Shown here: piece by piece, positions 50,161 through 63,858 of the stretch
How the letters are laid out: each line of letters begins with the position of its first letter
How positions within the stretch are numbered: the first letter of the stretch is position 1
NCBI GenBank assembly: GCA_010093815.1
Contig: ML996565.1
DNA from: Pseudovirgaria hyperparasitica
Lineage: Eukaryota
Direction: 5' to 3' (one strand)
Length of the DNA: 64,000 nucleotides
Translations under genes and position numbers: made by a program
Notes under the pieces: generated by a model
What the model was told of the DNA's origin: nothing
The model's database searches: none
What the model saw: only the letters and a program-made list of their open reading frames with translations

Positions 50161-51233
50161 TGGTGGTGGTGGGTAGGCGGGTGGGCAGCCCAGCAGATAA
50201 TTAGCCGCAGTGCTTGAGGAGCAGCCAACCGAAAAACCAGCCAGCACCTCCCCGCCCGCCCGCCACAATAACCCTTCAAAAGCCCCCCGTTCCCCCAGGG
50301 CTAAGCGGGCATGCAGAGGCTGCGTTTGACAGCCTGACACGCTGGACACACCCTGACACACCCTGACACGGGGGCTTGACGGGCAGCCACTGCAGACTCT
50401 CAAGATCTCATTAGCCAGCCCTGTTCTCACTTCCCCGCTGGTGCACAGGCGGTGTAGAAGGCACTGCACCATCCATACCACATATCATTAATTCCCACAG
50501 TACCCAGTCCCACCATCTACTGTATATAGGATTCAGGAGCACTGGCCAGCAAGTGCTCCCTCAATCGTTGTTGATGCCTCATCGCCGATATAATAGCTTA
50601 ATAAGATATGCACCTCTTAAACGTGCGTGCATCATCAAACAGTGGCGCAGTCTGTTGACTTCATCCAGCTACTAATTAATTACTGTACGCTGTCGTATGC
50701 CATCGCCAGCACCTATATTGGGCATCATCTTCTCCGCCTCAATGCAACACAGTCAAGGCCCAAGTGCTGCCAGGCTTGACAGGCTTGACGGCATCCTCAT
50801 ATACCAGCGAGAACAAGGTGGAAGACCAATGTACGGTGACGATGCAGACTTGATATTATCAGGATGCCTCCTCTTATTGCACTCCTCTCACAAACCGCCG
50901 AATTGGGTAATAAGGCGTTGACCACCTATGGATCCATCCATTCATCTTGGTGGGGCTTAAGCTGCCTCATCGTCACTAATCACCACACTACTATTACTGT
51001 ATTCCTGTACCTCAACCCTTCAACCTCATCCCATCTGCAGCTGCCCTCGTGCCCAACCAGACCTGCACAGCTTCACCAATTAATTCTTCGATTCATCGCT
51101 CTCTCCAAACTCTCACTCCTCCTCCTCCTCCTCCTCCTCCTCCTCCTCCAAAACCTGCCCAACGTCTGCCCAGACCGGCGCCACGCGCGCTACAATACCA
51201 TTTCCCCCGGTCGCCCATATCACATCACCTCAG

Positions 51234-52721
51234 ATGCCCCGCGATTTGGAGTCTGAGAGAGAGATCATCGAGAATCTACCCCAGCTCTCCCGCGAACCTG
51301 ACAGTGGAGCTACTCCTGCTTCAGCCTCAATGTCATTCCGAGACATCATCTCTGGCGCTCCATCCGCTGCGGACAAAGGTTACTTCTTCGAGCCAGACGA
51401 GAATCAGAGCAAACGCGACGAGCTTCATCCCTACGTCCAGACCCTGAACGTCACCAATGTCGACAGCTGTGTAGCCTTAGAGGCCGCTGCATTCCCACCC
51501 CACGAAGCCGCTACCAAAGAGAAGGTGAGATTCTTTCCATCTGCCTCCTTTCGCTGTCTTGCCATTCGCTTTCCTTGCCCTTGGAACGCTGCAAAGGTCG
51601 TACAGCCATCTCGAAGCGACCTCTTCTCCGGTCAAGCTCGTATAAGTCATGTCATGTATGTTGTTGTCAGGATCCATACAATGCCTTCAGCCTACCATCA
51701 CTTCGTGGACTGTGCCTAAACCAGTCGATCTTCTCTACCGTTTACCCTCTGGTCGCTACTTGATGCTTGGTCAACTGCTCGCGCTGGCCGCAGCTACACA
51801 GCATTCGTTCCCAGGACTGATGCTCCACGAACCAATTACGCCACACCATTATCCCGCAATCCCTGACTTGTGTACACAACAACGGTGTTGATGCAAGATG
51901 CCTCCAAACATTCGAATCCGGCTTGCACAAAAGACACGGGACGAATGCCTCTTCACTCATGCTTCGACCATGCAACTTGTCCGTTGTCGCGCAGACGCTC
52001 TTCAACGGGCCTTCACCGGAATCGAAGAGCCTGCATGTGCCTGACCGCCTGTTTCTGCCCGGTCTCAAGATCATGCATGGATGTTGTTTGTGACTGCAAG
52101 GGCATTAGCTATCGACAGTCGGAGATACTTCCGCTTCATGAGACTACACACTAACCAACATGTGCAGTTCGAGTACAGGTTCTCCGTCTGCGGCGAGCTC
52201 TCCCTGGGCATGTTCACCGCAACACCAACGAAAGACGCACCCGCAAATCTCCAAAAAGACGCCACGCTACATACGGCATCATCGACACTGATCGCGCACG
52301 TCGTCTCCACAAAGACAACAAACGACGTGGTGTCAGATGAAGACATGGATTTGCCCAAGAACTGGCAGACTGAGCGCCATTCCATGTCAAAGGCTGGTCA
52401 CAAGGAGGAAGGCCGCACTATCGCTCTACACAGCCTTGCTGTTCTTCCTGCGTATCAGAAAATCGGCCTTGGATCCACCATCCTAAAGAGTTATGTGCAG
52501 CGCATGCAGAATGCCGAGATTGCAGATCGGATCGTGTTGCTGGCGCACGATGAGTTGGTACCATTTTACGAAAAGCATGGCTTCGAAAAGAAAGGCAAGA
52601 GCAAGGCTACTTATGGCGGTGGCAACTGGGTCGACATGGTGAGAGTCGCTGTGGGCCGTCGATTTTTGAGGCTCTGCTGACATATCAGGTGTATGAGTTT
52701 CCGATCGACGACTCCGAATAG
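51234..52721 (+). CDS. Polyamine/arylalkylamine N-acetyltransferase-like GNAT (Paa1-like), 3 exons
   Basis: LEAAAFPPHEAATKEK|FEYRFSVCGELSLGMF, GHKEEGRTIALHSLAVLPAYQKIGLG, LLAHDELVPFYEKHGF, YGGGNWVDM|VYEF; introns 51525..52167 and 52639..52688. Confidence 0.85.
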
Positions 52722-53045
52722 TCTTTCGCTCGAGGATGAGCTTGCTTGAGGCAGCCTGTAATAGGCGTTAGGAGTCGCGATACTCGAGGCATGACTTACT
52801 TCATTGTAGCAATATTACCGCAATTACAAGTCCACCCAGCACACAAACTGACATTGATCCACCGGATTGTCTGCTTCTGACCAGTCGGCGTAGCAATCAC
52901 AAATAGAACAGACGCTGATAGTGGCAGAGTGAGCTAAAGATTTATTTCTTAATATTAACATGGAGTGCAAAGACGCATTCTAAACTTTACATCACGTGCG
53001 TAGAGCAGCTGTGCTGACTGTTCAACAGCGTACGACGAAACACCT

Positions 53046-55063
53046 CTACTGATGCGGAAGCTTCCCACCAGCGAGCTTCACCAGCTCAGGGAAGATTGGC
53101 GTTCCTAGTCCGGTGACCGCATCCCATCCTTTTGTCGCCGGGAATCCGTCCACTCCACAGCCGACTCCGGAGCCCTCGGTGATATCCGTTAGGCCCTTGT
53201 ATCCGACAGAGTACAGCCACGGGTTCAAGAACCCCAAGGGTCGCTTGCCGCTCGCAATCAGCGCATCATTAACCAGTGACAGAATTCCACCTGTCAGTGG
53301 GCAGCTTGCACTGGTTCCTGATATCACACCCTCGGTCCCGTTCCAGAAATACGCAAAGTAAAGTCCTTGAGCCGAGATGTCGGGGTATCCACGGCCTTTC
53401 TTGTTGTACAAGCCATCGTACTTGCCCTTCAGATCACTTACGTACTTGCTAACAACTTCCTTCTGATACCCCGGTGCCTCAAAGTAGTTTGAAAAGCCGC
53501 TGCCAGACGTGTAGTTGCCTCGAGTCACACCATCCGGCCCGGTGAAGGCAGCGCGGTAGGCGACGACCTCAGGCTGGAAGTTCTTCGTCGCGCCGACCGT
53601 CGTCACGTATGGGCAGCCCGCCGGGAACGAGGGTAGGAACATGGTGGTGTTCTTGCCATCGTTGGACACACATGTGCCATAGCGGCCGACGCCGTTGTCG
53701 CCAGAGCTGAAGAGCAGGGAGGTGCCGCGGGCACCGACTTGGGCAAATTGCTGGCACACGCGTGTGGCGTAGGACTTGGGGACGGTCTGCTCGTCGTCGC
53801 CGTACGAGGTGGTGATTACTTGAGGGAAGGACTTTTGGTCGAGCAGGTAGTTCACCCAAACGAGGTAGGGCTCGTTGGTGTTTGTGGGGGTGTTGATGTC
53901 CGGGATGAATGGCGGGCTGCCACCGGTGGAGTATGAGGTGATGGGCGTGCTGTAGCTGATTCCAGCAATGGCTTGCACGTCAAGGTTGGCTTCTTTCGAT
54001 GTGCCCTCTTCGGTTTCAGCGGGTGTAAGAGGCTGGTCGCCGGGGCCGTTTGCAATGACAATCTGCTTGAAGTCACGCGCGGATGACACGGCTTCGGGGT
54101 TGTACTTTTGAAGGAACTGCTCCGTATCTGAGCGGATGGGGTGCTCGCCAAGGTAGTTGGTGAAGCCGATTGCGTTCTTATCAGCAGCCTGAGTCTTGTA
54201 GCCTTTTGTCTTGTATAGGGTCTTGAAGCACTCGGGCGTCACGGACGAGACATTGCACACCTTTGCAATCTCAGGGTCGTTCATCTTCTTTTCCGCGAGG
54301 CCATTGATGCTGAAGTCCTGCGCTTCCCAGATAGGAGATACGAAGGAGTCGACGCTTGCGGCGCGCGCACGGAAAAAGGACGTTGTGGGCTGGATGGTGT
54401 CGATGTGTGCATGCAGATGGCGTGGGAGCGACCAACCCTCAGTGCGTACAACACGGCCTCCGTCAGCATGCTCAAACGTGTGGTATTCGGTATCGAGGAG
54501 TCGCTCGATAGTCTCGACCGGGAGCGTGACATGGATCCAATCCTTGGCTGTGCTGTACGCAGTAGGCACGATGCCATTCTCCTCGAGCCATTCATGGATC
54601 TGGTCTAGAGAATCGTCGGTCGGCTTGATCAATTCCGTAACATCGTCCGCGGACAGATGGTCGCCGTAGCGGGGGTGGGCCGGGTCGGAGACTGTAAAGA
54701 CGAGTCAGCGTCCGGAGCTGGATCCATACGCCACAAGAGCAGAGGAGATAAGACCTCGGCTTGGGGGGACTTTGTCAAAGCTTCTCCAAGCGAGCAACAG
54801 CAGAGATACGGCATGAAACCGTCCAATTGAAATTGCGGCTTACCTTCGTACAGATGCTTCTCAAGCTGCTCGAAGTTGCTCTGCTTGACCGCAATTTGCA
54901 GATTGATCAAGTGGTCTCTAGGAGCCTTGTCGAGCTTCCTCCAGGCACGAGGCTTGAGGTGCTTCTCCTTGACGGCGTAGGGCGAGCGCGCCTTGATGGG
55001 CGTAGCAATGGCCTGCGTCGCCACAAGGGCTGAGACGAACAACGACGCGATACCAACGACCAT
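53046..55063 (-). CDS. Secreted sedolisin (S53) tripeptidyl peptidase, 2 exons
   Basis: Signal peptide and prodomain; EANLD, TSYGDDEQ, SSGDNG, RGYPDISA, GTSASCP (catalytic Ser), GWDAVTGLGTP. Confidence 0.95.
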
Positions 55064-57140
55064 GATGTCAACCGTTTCTCCTCAATTCGGACTGGATCTA
55101 GCAATGACAGAGGAGAAAGAACATCATCACACGGGGCAAAAGTCTCTTTTATAGTCTCTCTACCATCCGCTGCAGCTCGTGCTCATCATACCGTGAGGGC
55201 GTTCCACTCAAGCACGACAGACTAGGCTTGTATGACCTACCCGGGCCCACGCCATGCGGGATAGATGAATCAAGCAGGTGCCTACGCCGTCACCAAGTAA
55301 CACCCAACGGCTGTTTATCATATCGTCATTATCGATCCACCACCCAAACAGGACTCAACGTAAAGAGTTTATCAAAGGACCGCGGTGAGGCAAATGGCTC
55401 CATCCAACGCCTGTAGCCAATCAGCACTCTGCATCCATCTCGCGCGGACCCTGGCAGCCAAACAAACCCTAGCGTAATCTCAGGTGGGGCAGATGTGGCG
55501 CCCGCCATCTCGCATCGAGAAGGTGCGTCAACGCAAAAGGGAAGGGATTACCCCAGCCAGAGTGTTCAGGATAGGGCAGGTACGGCCAAACATGTAAGGA
55601 TTATCTCATCGGCGTCAGCACAGCGCGGGGTTTTGGAATCCCATCATTGCCGGTTAGTGACCTCCGCCGCCGCCCTTCCGTCTGGTTAATTACAAGTACT
55701 AGCTGCTCCTTGGCTTCTGCTTGAGCCTTGTAGTGGTGACCTCGGGACGTTGAGGCTTGAGGCTTGGGAATGCTTGAGAAAGGCTTGACCTCGACCTTGG
55801 CCGTCGCATCTCTAAGACGAGGGTATACTGCTAAGTCCCTCATCGCAGAAAAGGTACAGTCCTTCCTTTACTTGATCCACTTTACTATTATGATGAATTT
55901 TCCAAAGAGAAATTATCGCAGCTTATGACACTCTTCAACGGGTGCTTGATTAGCAATTCTAAATACGCAACCTCTGATCTGCTTCGTTCATCTATACTGG
56001 CATTCGAAATTCTCTAGCGCTCTTCGCTGACACCAACAACAGGCGTGGAGACATCTAGCTGAGCTGGCTGAATGCCACCTCATTATGCCGCCGTTTGTAC
56101 GTACGGTTACCTTGGCACACGCAGGAATGCCACTGCACGCTTCGGCATACGTACAAAACGCATTGGATACATCAAAGCATACATACATACACACATACAC
56201 CCTCCTCCTCCCATTCCCCACCTTACAATCAGCACCGTAGAAGCACTCAGTCAGTCTAGTCAATCAATCAATCAATCAACCAACTAACCAATCAACCAAC
56301 CAACATCCCCAGACACTGGCTGACCCACGGATAATCCTATGGATTGTGATGTATCGGAAAACGGAAATCCCAAGCGCGCGCGCGTATCATGCTGTGAACC
56401 GCGCGCTCGGGGCGGGCGGGGCGAGGGGAGGGATGTGTCTGGTATGTAGTCTAAAGGAAGGAAGGTAGGTAGGTAGGTAGGTAGGTACTTGGTTACTACT
56501 GTACGGAGTAGGCAGGCGCATCGCATGGACCTTTTTTTGGGGGGTAATGGGATGAGGTGTATCTGGGTATAGTGGGTATGTATTAGTAGGCTTGGACTTG
56601 CACTTGGACGAAGGATGGGGGATGGAGGAGGATGGAGGGTGGAGGATGAAGCATGGAAGCCAGCTGCAGGTATACGTGCTAGAATTTGAATATTCCAATG
56701 AGATACTGGATGCTCATCCACTCGCTTCATCATGACCTAATCTCTCTTACCTACCTACCTCACCCCAGGTATCAACCTGTCCACCTATCCATCCATGCCA
56801 TGAACCAATGACGTTTGATGCAATCTTATTAGTGTGGTGTCCTATTATTACCATATCCGATACACCTATGTACATTGCTGAAACGCCCTCGTCGTCGCAA
56901 GGTCCCTCCTCCGACGACGAGAGAATGCCTTTTTCTCGTCATCGTGGAGATCGTCAAGAGTGGAGATGATTACCCTGAACAACCAACGCCCATGGACCGT
57001 CCATGAAACATAGAAACTCCAGCTGAAAACGCCCCGTAAATGCCGTTGTGAACCCCGTCTATTGTACAACCAACCACTCCTTCTTCCAATGCCGAATGTC
57101 ATGTCTGAACGTCCATCTGTCCGTCCATCCGTCGTCCATC

Positions 57141-58147
57141 CTACTCAACCCCCGCCATCAACCCACACCGCATCCGCGCATTCACAACACCCCCAAGCCC
57201 AAACGCCGGCACGATCCGCGCGATCCTCGCAAGACAGCTCTTGCCCCATTCCGACGCAACCTTAGCCACGCGCTCGCGCGCCCGCACCCCGTCCCGATTA
57301 TACAGATCGAGCCCGAGCAGATGCAGCGGCGTACTGACAACCTGCACGGCAGCAGGCGCGAGGAACTGCGCCGCCGTAGCACTGCTAACGTGTCTTTCCA
57401 GGCCCGCGCCAAAGCGGTCGGCGAGCCTGGGCGCGAGCAACGGCGGGACGTTGAAGGAGGCAAAGACGGTGCAGGAGTCGCGCAGTGCGAACAGGAGCAT
57501 TGTGAGTGGCGGCACCGGGCGCGGGGACTTGTGTGTGGAGAAGAGCTTTGTGAACTGGGAGTCCTTGTAGAGGCAGAGCGAGAGGTTGGCCGTCGAGGTG
57601 GCGAGGAACTTGGGCAGGCCGGATGTCACCTTGTCTGCACTCTCTGAGCGCAGCGTGGACGAGGCCGTGTCTATTGCGTTGGCGGTCATGTATGTGCCCG
57701 TGTAGAGGGCGAAGATCAGGGCGAAGGGCTTCGAGATGAGGAAGCGATGGGGGCGGAGGAGGAGGTTTTTGAGCTGGGACTGGAGGCTCTGGCCGAGCGT
57801 GTTGCGCCCGGACGAGTTTTCGATTATACCACTGGAAAAATCTTGGTTAGGAGGGGGGGGTGGTTGCTGCAATTTGAAATCTAGAACTGCTGTCTCTCTG
57901 CTGCGTACCGGTCTATGATGGTGATCAATGGAGCTACGAGCGCTCCTGCTGTTGCAGCTGAAGCTAGATCGACTCCGAGTCGCAGACCCAGGTTCTTCGT
58001 ATTCCACGTCGTCACAGGCGCCATGACAGGAGAGTCAATTGACGGAGTTCTGGATATACGCGACGTCGCCCAGTCGTTTGCTTCTATCGCTGCTGTCGGA
58101 ATCGGTGAGGTTGACGTCGGGCTTCGAGTAGGCTCGCCGGTCCCCAT
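57141..58147 (-). CDS. Conserved fungal membrane protein of unknown function, 2 exons
   Basis: NLGLRLGVDLASAATAGALVAPLITIIDR|GIIENSSG, LFALRDSCTVFASFNVP, STPLHLLGLDLYNR, RIVPAFGLGGVVN. The start could alternatively be 58024. Confidence 0.7.
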
Positions 58148-58447
58148 GTTCCCTCCTCTTGGACAAGACGACTGGGACGACAGCAAGCATATGTCCTAAT
58201 GATTAACGGTCCTTGGGGCTTCGAGGAAGTGATGCCGCCCTTGCAGATGGTGGATGAGAAGGGTCGCCCGGACTCTAAAGTTTTCATCTGCACGTCATCA
58301 CCAGAATTACTATTCTCGGAGATCGCTCGGAATTTTCTCCGGAATTGGCGCGAGGGCTTAACTTTATCCGACCATCGTTGAAAGCACAATACAGATAGTC
58401 ATATGAGTGCTTGATGTATGGCGTATACTTGTGTTTTTTATATGTGA

Positions 58448-60377
58448 CTACGGCTGAGGAGGTTCCACCAGAAACCGATTCTCCCAAAACCGGAGTCCAT
58501 CAAAGTCCTGATCTCGGCATAAAGCACCGTGTTCCTCTGCCATTTCCAACTCTTCGGTTGCAACACCAACACTCCATCCAAACTCTTCCGCAGTCTCCTG
58601 GGCTGTGATTCCCCTACCGTATAGATTCCAATCCCATCCAACATCTCCCGATGGTGGTTCATGATGCCTCCTCTTCAGCCAATTCAAAAGGCTGGCAATC
58701 GTTTTCTCGTCAGTCCTGTCGCGTCCCTGAACTGCAAGTAATCCACTCTTGAATCTGCGAAGTCTTACAGGTAGCCTGAGAGTGTCCCACATCTGAGCTG
58801 CTTTTTCGAAATCCGCAGGGCTGACAAGCTCAACGCCTCCTCGAGCCCGATTAAACACGGCCCAAAGGTCGACAAGCGTCATTATCCCGCCCTCTCTACG
58901 AAGAATTCCCCGTTTGTCATCAGTCAGAAATTCAGCCATGTTTCTAGAGAGTTCGGAAATATACAACGACTCCGACTTCGAGCTCAGCTTGTCCCTAGTC
59001 GTGGCAAGGCCCAATTCAGAGAGAGACTGAGACAATGCGGCATCAACTTCGGATGAGCCATTTGTATTCATGTTGGCCTGGGACGCGAATGATTCTGCCA
59101 AAGCAATGATCTCCTTCGCTGATGTCATTAGCGCCTCCAGATCTTCAAACGCAGTCCCAATGACGACTTCGTTATTCTTCATTTGCTCAAATCCTCTTCT
59201 TTCCAGACCGGCTATGCCAAAGCCTCGAGAGCGGGCATCTTGATCAAATCTAGTCTTACTGAGCTGATCTGAACCTGAAATTCCGGGGCTAGGGCTAGGC
59301 GCTGGTATCGGAGGTGCGTTTTGCAAAAGCCATTTGCGTTGAGTCAATGCAGTCTTGAGTCGTTCATAGAAGACCTTCTCGCCCCCGGCACGGAAAGAAA
59401 ACCTGATACATGCGACGGAGTCATCTTGTGATAACGGTCCTGGTAGTGATGGGCCGGGCGATTCTGATCTCTGTGAGTGTTGCTCCAAGCCCGTACGGCT
59501 CTCCGCCTTGGATCCCAATGAGGCCCCACAGATCTCGCAAGTACTCAATGAAGGATGGTTTTGAAAGGTACAGCGTGCACACTGGATGGAATCTGTCGAC
59601 AGTAGGGCAGAAACACGCGCGCAGTCAGGTGACTCTAAAGCCGAATTTAATTCCATCTTGCTTGATATATGCTGCTTCACAGGTCTGTTGGATAGCGCAG
59701 ACAAAGCTGCCTTTGTGACGGTGATCAAGGGTGGTTTGATACCGCAAGCGAGACATGGTGGAAGAGGTGTGCGTGCATTAGCCGTGGCTGCGTCGAAATT
59801 TGACGGTACCGGGTTTGAGAAGGAGCATATAGGACAGATCCAAGTAGCGTTGATGTTTGCAGGCGCAGGTGGAGGAGCTGGGGTCAGCGGTCTTAGGGGA
59901 CTGGACTGAGAAGTCGGTGTTGTTGAAGGACTGTGCCTTGTATTATGGCTTTGGAGAGTATGAAACTGGCCGAGTCCATGCTTCGATGCCTTCGGAAACA
60001 TGCTGACTTTCGCAGACGATTTCAGAAACCCAGCCTAACCTCTATCAGAGAGACAATATCCAAAAGTCTAGTTGTATAGACGTACGTAGAAATCGGCGCG
60101 GTCAACATCCTTGAGGTTTACAGCTACGCTGTTGCGCCTCGGCTCTTCATTATCGACATAACACGCACGATGTGATGTCAAATATGCATGTCCATTCTGA
60201 TACTGGGGTATCTTGTATTTCCTGTGGCTTGTCAGACGGACTCTTGGATGCGCAGGAAGATAAAGTAGATGCGTACCCCTCATACAACCCCACTACATCT
60301 TGCACGTATAATAAGCTTTCATCCTGAAGAAGCGACGGTCGCAATGCGGTAGTCAAATCGAGATGGTAGAGGAACAT
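58448..60377 (-). CDS. VPS36: ESCRT-II subunit Vps36 (GLUE domain with NZF zinc fingers, winged helix), 3 exons
   Basis: GLYEG|KYKIPQYQNGHAYLTSHR, WICPICSFSN, CARCTFQNHPSLSTCEICGA, GIAGLER, AFEDLEALMTSAKEII, NRARGGVELVSP. Confidence 0.93.
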
Positions 60378-60870
60378 TCAGCATGTTATAGAGGCGCTGT
60401 GCTGTATGTTCAGAAGTTGAATATGCCACGATAACAAGCGACCTTGCGGCTGCTAGGCTGCGTGCCGACAAGACCCATCCATGTTAGTCATAGTGGCTTC
60501 TACTGGCTGAGACTTCCTAGGTACCTTTCACATGACATACTCATTCTTCACACACATTCAATACGTCACAGCGCCATGTGCCTGTACCTATTACTCAATT
60601 GATGTGAAGCCACTGTTTGGGCCTCTGGTTCATAAATGTGCTCTTTGGTGCCCAGTACCCCAACGTGGCCGGTATCTCATATATCAAGCAGCTTGAGTCA
60701 GAGGCAATCAGATTAAACAGCTATGTACTTGAGGTATCCATTATTACATACAAAATGGGCTTCATAGCATCATGGGCTCGCAATAATATAAGTTATACTT
60801 GAACAGATACGACGAAACCACCTGGCCTTGCATCTTCATTTCAGCATGAAGTACCTTCTTGTGGGCCTCT

Positions 60871-63064
60871 CTATTTGCTATATGCACGGTCTATATCCTT
60901 CTGGTACTTCGTGAAGATCTTCTTACGGTCGATCTTCTGAGCCGCAGTAGTGAATCCCTAAGTACTATTAGCATACGGTATTTACACAGCATTAGCAGTA
61001 GCTTACATTTTGTGGTGTCCACTCTTCATCGGCGAGCACAAGCCCATCGATGAGCTCAAAACCAGCGAGACGGCCTTTGCGCCCGGCCTCTTGGAACTGT
61101 TTGAGCAGAATATCTTTGAGTTTCTCATTGTGAATGAGCTCCTCGATATCGCCGCCCTTGATACCATTCTCGGTGGCAGTCTTCTGCACTACTGGCTCTG
61201 AAGGAACGACGATTGCGATTGGTTTCGATTGCTCAGGATGAGCATAGACGCAGATATTTAGCACGGCTGGATGAGTCCGGTAGATTGATTCGAGCTTCTC
61301 AAGAGCAATGTACTCGCCGTTCAGGGTCTTGACCAGGTTTTTCTTACGGTCGATGATCTTGAGATTACCCCTCTCATCGAATTCTCCGATATCACCTGTC
61401 TTGAACCAACCATCTTCTGTGAAAGATTCTTTGGTCTCATCATCCAGATCGAGATATCCAGAAGAGATCGAGTCGCCCCTAATCCAGATCTCGCCCTGTG
61501 GGCGAGGCTTATTAGTGGAGTAGTATCCAGCATCGGCAAAGTCGACCAGCTTGGTCTCGATACTAGTCGGTAACTCGCCAAGTGCATCGTCAGTCCAGGC
61601 TTGTGGATCCATCAAGGCGCCCATGGCCGATGTCTCGGTCAAGCCGTAGCCATTGATCATAGCGGTGATTGCAATAGATATGAAGCGTTGGGTGTCCTGT
61701 GCAATGGGTCCGCCGCCGTTCAAGCAAAGCCTGAGCCTTCCACCAGTAGCCTGTCGAACCTTGCTGAATACGATGCTGTCCAACAAGCCGTAGCCAGGAA
61801 TGCCGTTATTCAACATAAAGCTTTTAGCAGCATATGCACCCCAAAACATGTTGGATTTGAGCATTCCACCCTTTTGTACGTTGGCCATAATCCCCTTCTT
61901 CACAGTCTCCCAGACCGCAGGTACACCAATCAGCACCGTTGGCTTAAATTCACGAATATCTCCCTTGCAGTTGCGCATAGAGGTGTCGGACAGAGTCTTG
62001 CCGTTACCGTAGCCCATTGTGCCTCCCCAGAACAGTACAGCGTTCTCGAATACAAATTCAAAGATATGAGCTGATGGGAGATATGTTAACAAACTGTCAC
62101 CAGGACCCAAGTACTGGCCGACTACCGGGTTAACACCAGCTAGTGCTGCGACGACATTCTTGTGTTTTAGCAAGACGCCCTTTGGAGTTCCCGTTGATCC
62201 CGATGTGTACATGACGCAGGCCAAGTCCTCGGGCTTTGGCATGACTGCCTCAACTGGGTTTTCTTCACCCAGCTTCTGAAGGTCTGCGATGCTGATGATT
62301 TCAACGTCATTGTATTTCTCTTTCAGTTTGCTTATGTCGTCCTGCTTGACCTCGGTCGCATCGTCATAGATGAGGTGCTTGAGATTCTCTCCAGCTGATA
62401 GAGGATTCAAAAGCTTGACCAGTAGAGTTGAGTCCAGATACATGGCTTTGGACTGGGTCTGTTTGATCGAGTGGGTCAATCCTTCTTCTCCCAGGGTATC
62501 ATAGGCGGTAACAATGGCCATGGATTGAAACATGGCACCGTGTGCCATGGAGAGCCAGTGGGCACTGACAAATGTTAGTATTGAATATAGGCAGTAGCGT
62601 CACGCAGCTCCTAATTACCTCGTGGGGGCATAAAGATGGACTTTGTCACCGGCTGTCAACCCGAGCTTCCGAAGACCAGCGCCATATTGCAGAGCTTGCT
62701 TCTCAAACTCAGAGAAACTCTGATACTTGTAGCCACTCATCTCGAAATATGTCCACTTCTTATCGACTTCTTGTTGCTTGCCATCGACCAACTTCTTGAC
62801 CTTTTTGGTCTCATTATGCAACTTTATCAGCTTGCGAGTACCCACACATTTCGCATTGCCGTACTTTGTAGACGCATACTTGAGTATATCGGGGATAGTC
62901 TTAATCTCTTCGAGTGGCCTTGAGTGTAACTTGTCCTTGGCCTTGACGTTGCGTCGTGGTATCGTCTCGCCATCTACTTTTTCGAAGCCAGGAGCATTAA
63001 CGGTGTGCGGGCCTGGCTTCAGTGATTTTGCCTGGGGCATATATGTCTTGAGGTCCTGCGGCAT
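60871..63064 (-). CDS. Long-chain fatty acyl-CoA synthetase (Faa1/Faa4-like), 3 exons
   Basis: MYTSGSTGTPKGV, YLPSAHIFE, GYGLTET, GWFKTGDIG, IIDRKKNLVK, GEYIALEKLES; last exon GFTTAAQKIDRKKI. Confidence 0.95.
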
Positions 63065-63162
63065 GGTGGCTTTCTACCTCCGTCGGTCGATTGAATGGAA
63101 ATGTAGGTTGCGCGCTGAGACACATAAGTCAGCAGAATGACCAGGTGGCAGTACACGGTGAC

Positions 63163-63858
63163 CCTCGGTTACGTAGCAGAGGTGTTCGCGGTGGCAAGTT
63201 CACGTACTGCGCTTCAAACAAGCTTCCCTGTCGACACAGACTTGATATTCGGGTGGGAGTTTAGGTGTGTAAGAACACAGCGGGTGTGCGATAGAGGGAG
63301 AAAGGGGATAATGGCTGGCTGGCTTTGTACTGACAGCGCAGTACAAGCGGTAAGGGTGTTGACGACCAGCACACGGGCGGAGAAGCTGGGCAGTGGAAAG
63401 CTACTAAGCCTACTATTAGGTCAACAGAGCTTGGGCCAGCGTCATCACACGGCCGCCTGCAGATTCCCAGGATCCTACGAATTAATAGTAGCCCTGGAGA
63501 TATTATCATACGAATCTGTACTCACTAGTAATATTGACCAATACTGAGATTGAGGCAGGCAGTCAACCAATCAAATCTCTTTCCTATGACATTTCCGGTC
63601 CAACTTCTTCCACGGGACCTGATACAACCTGATGGAATTCACGTTCTTATGCCGCTTTCATAACTGGTTCGATATCGTGCCATCCACATAAGTCCTAAAC
63701 TCATACATGTACATGAGCCAGTAGAAGGGCCTGATTCATTCCCCACTGATCGCCTGAGGCGTCTTGATGCGAAGCTGATACTTCACAAATTGAGTCAGGT
63801 ACCTTGGCCTCAACAACGATCCTGGGGGAACCTTGCACCGAACTGGCGGCGGCCTCGG
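63163..63858. promoter_or_regulatory. Two CCTCGG (FarA/FarB-type fatty-acid response) motifs upstream of the acyl-CoA synthetase
   Basis: CCTCGG at 63163-63168 and 63853-63858. Confidence 0.35.

Noticed and set aside
51911..51919. TTCGAATCC tRNA T-loop-like motif
   Set aside because: The flanks do not form a T-stem or cloverleaf.
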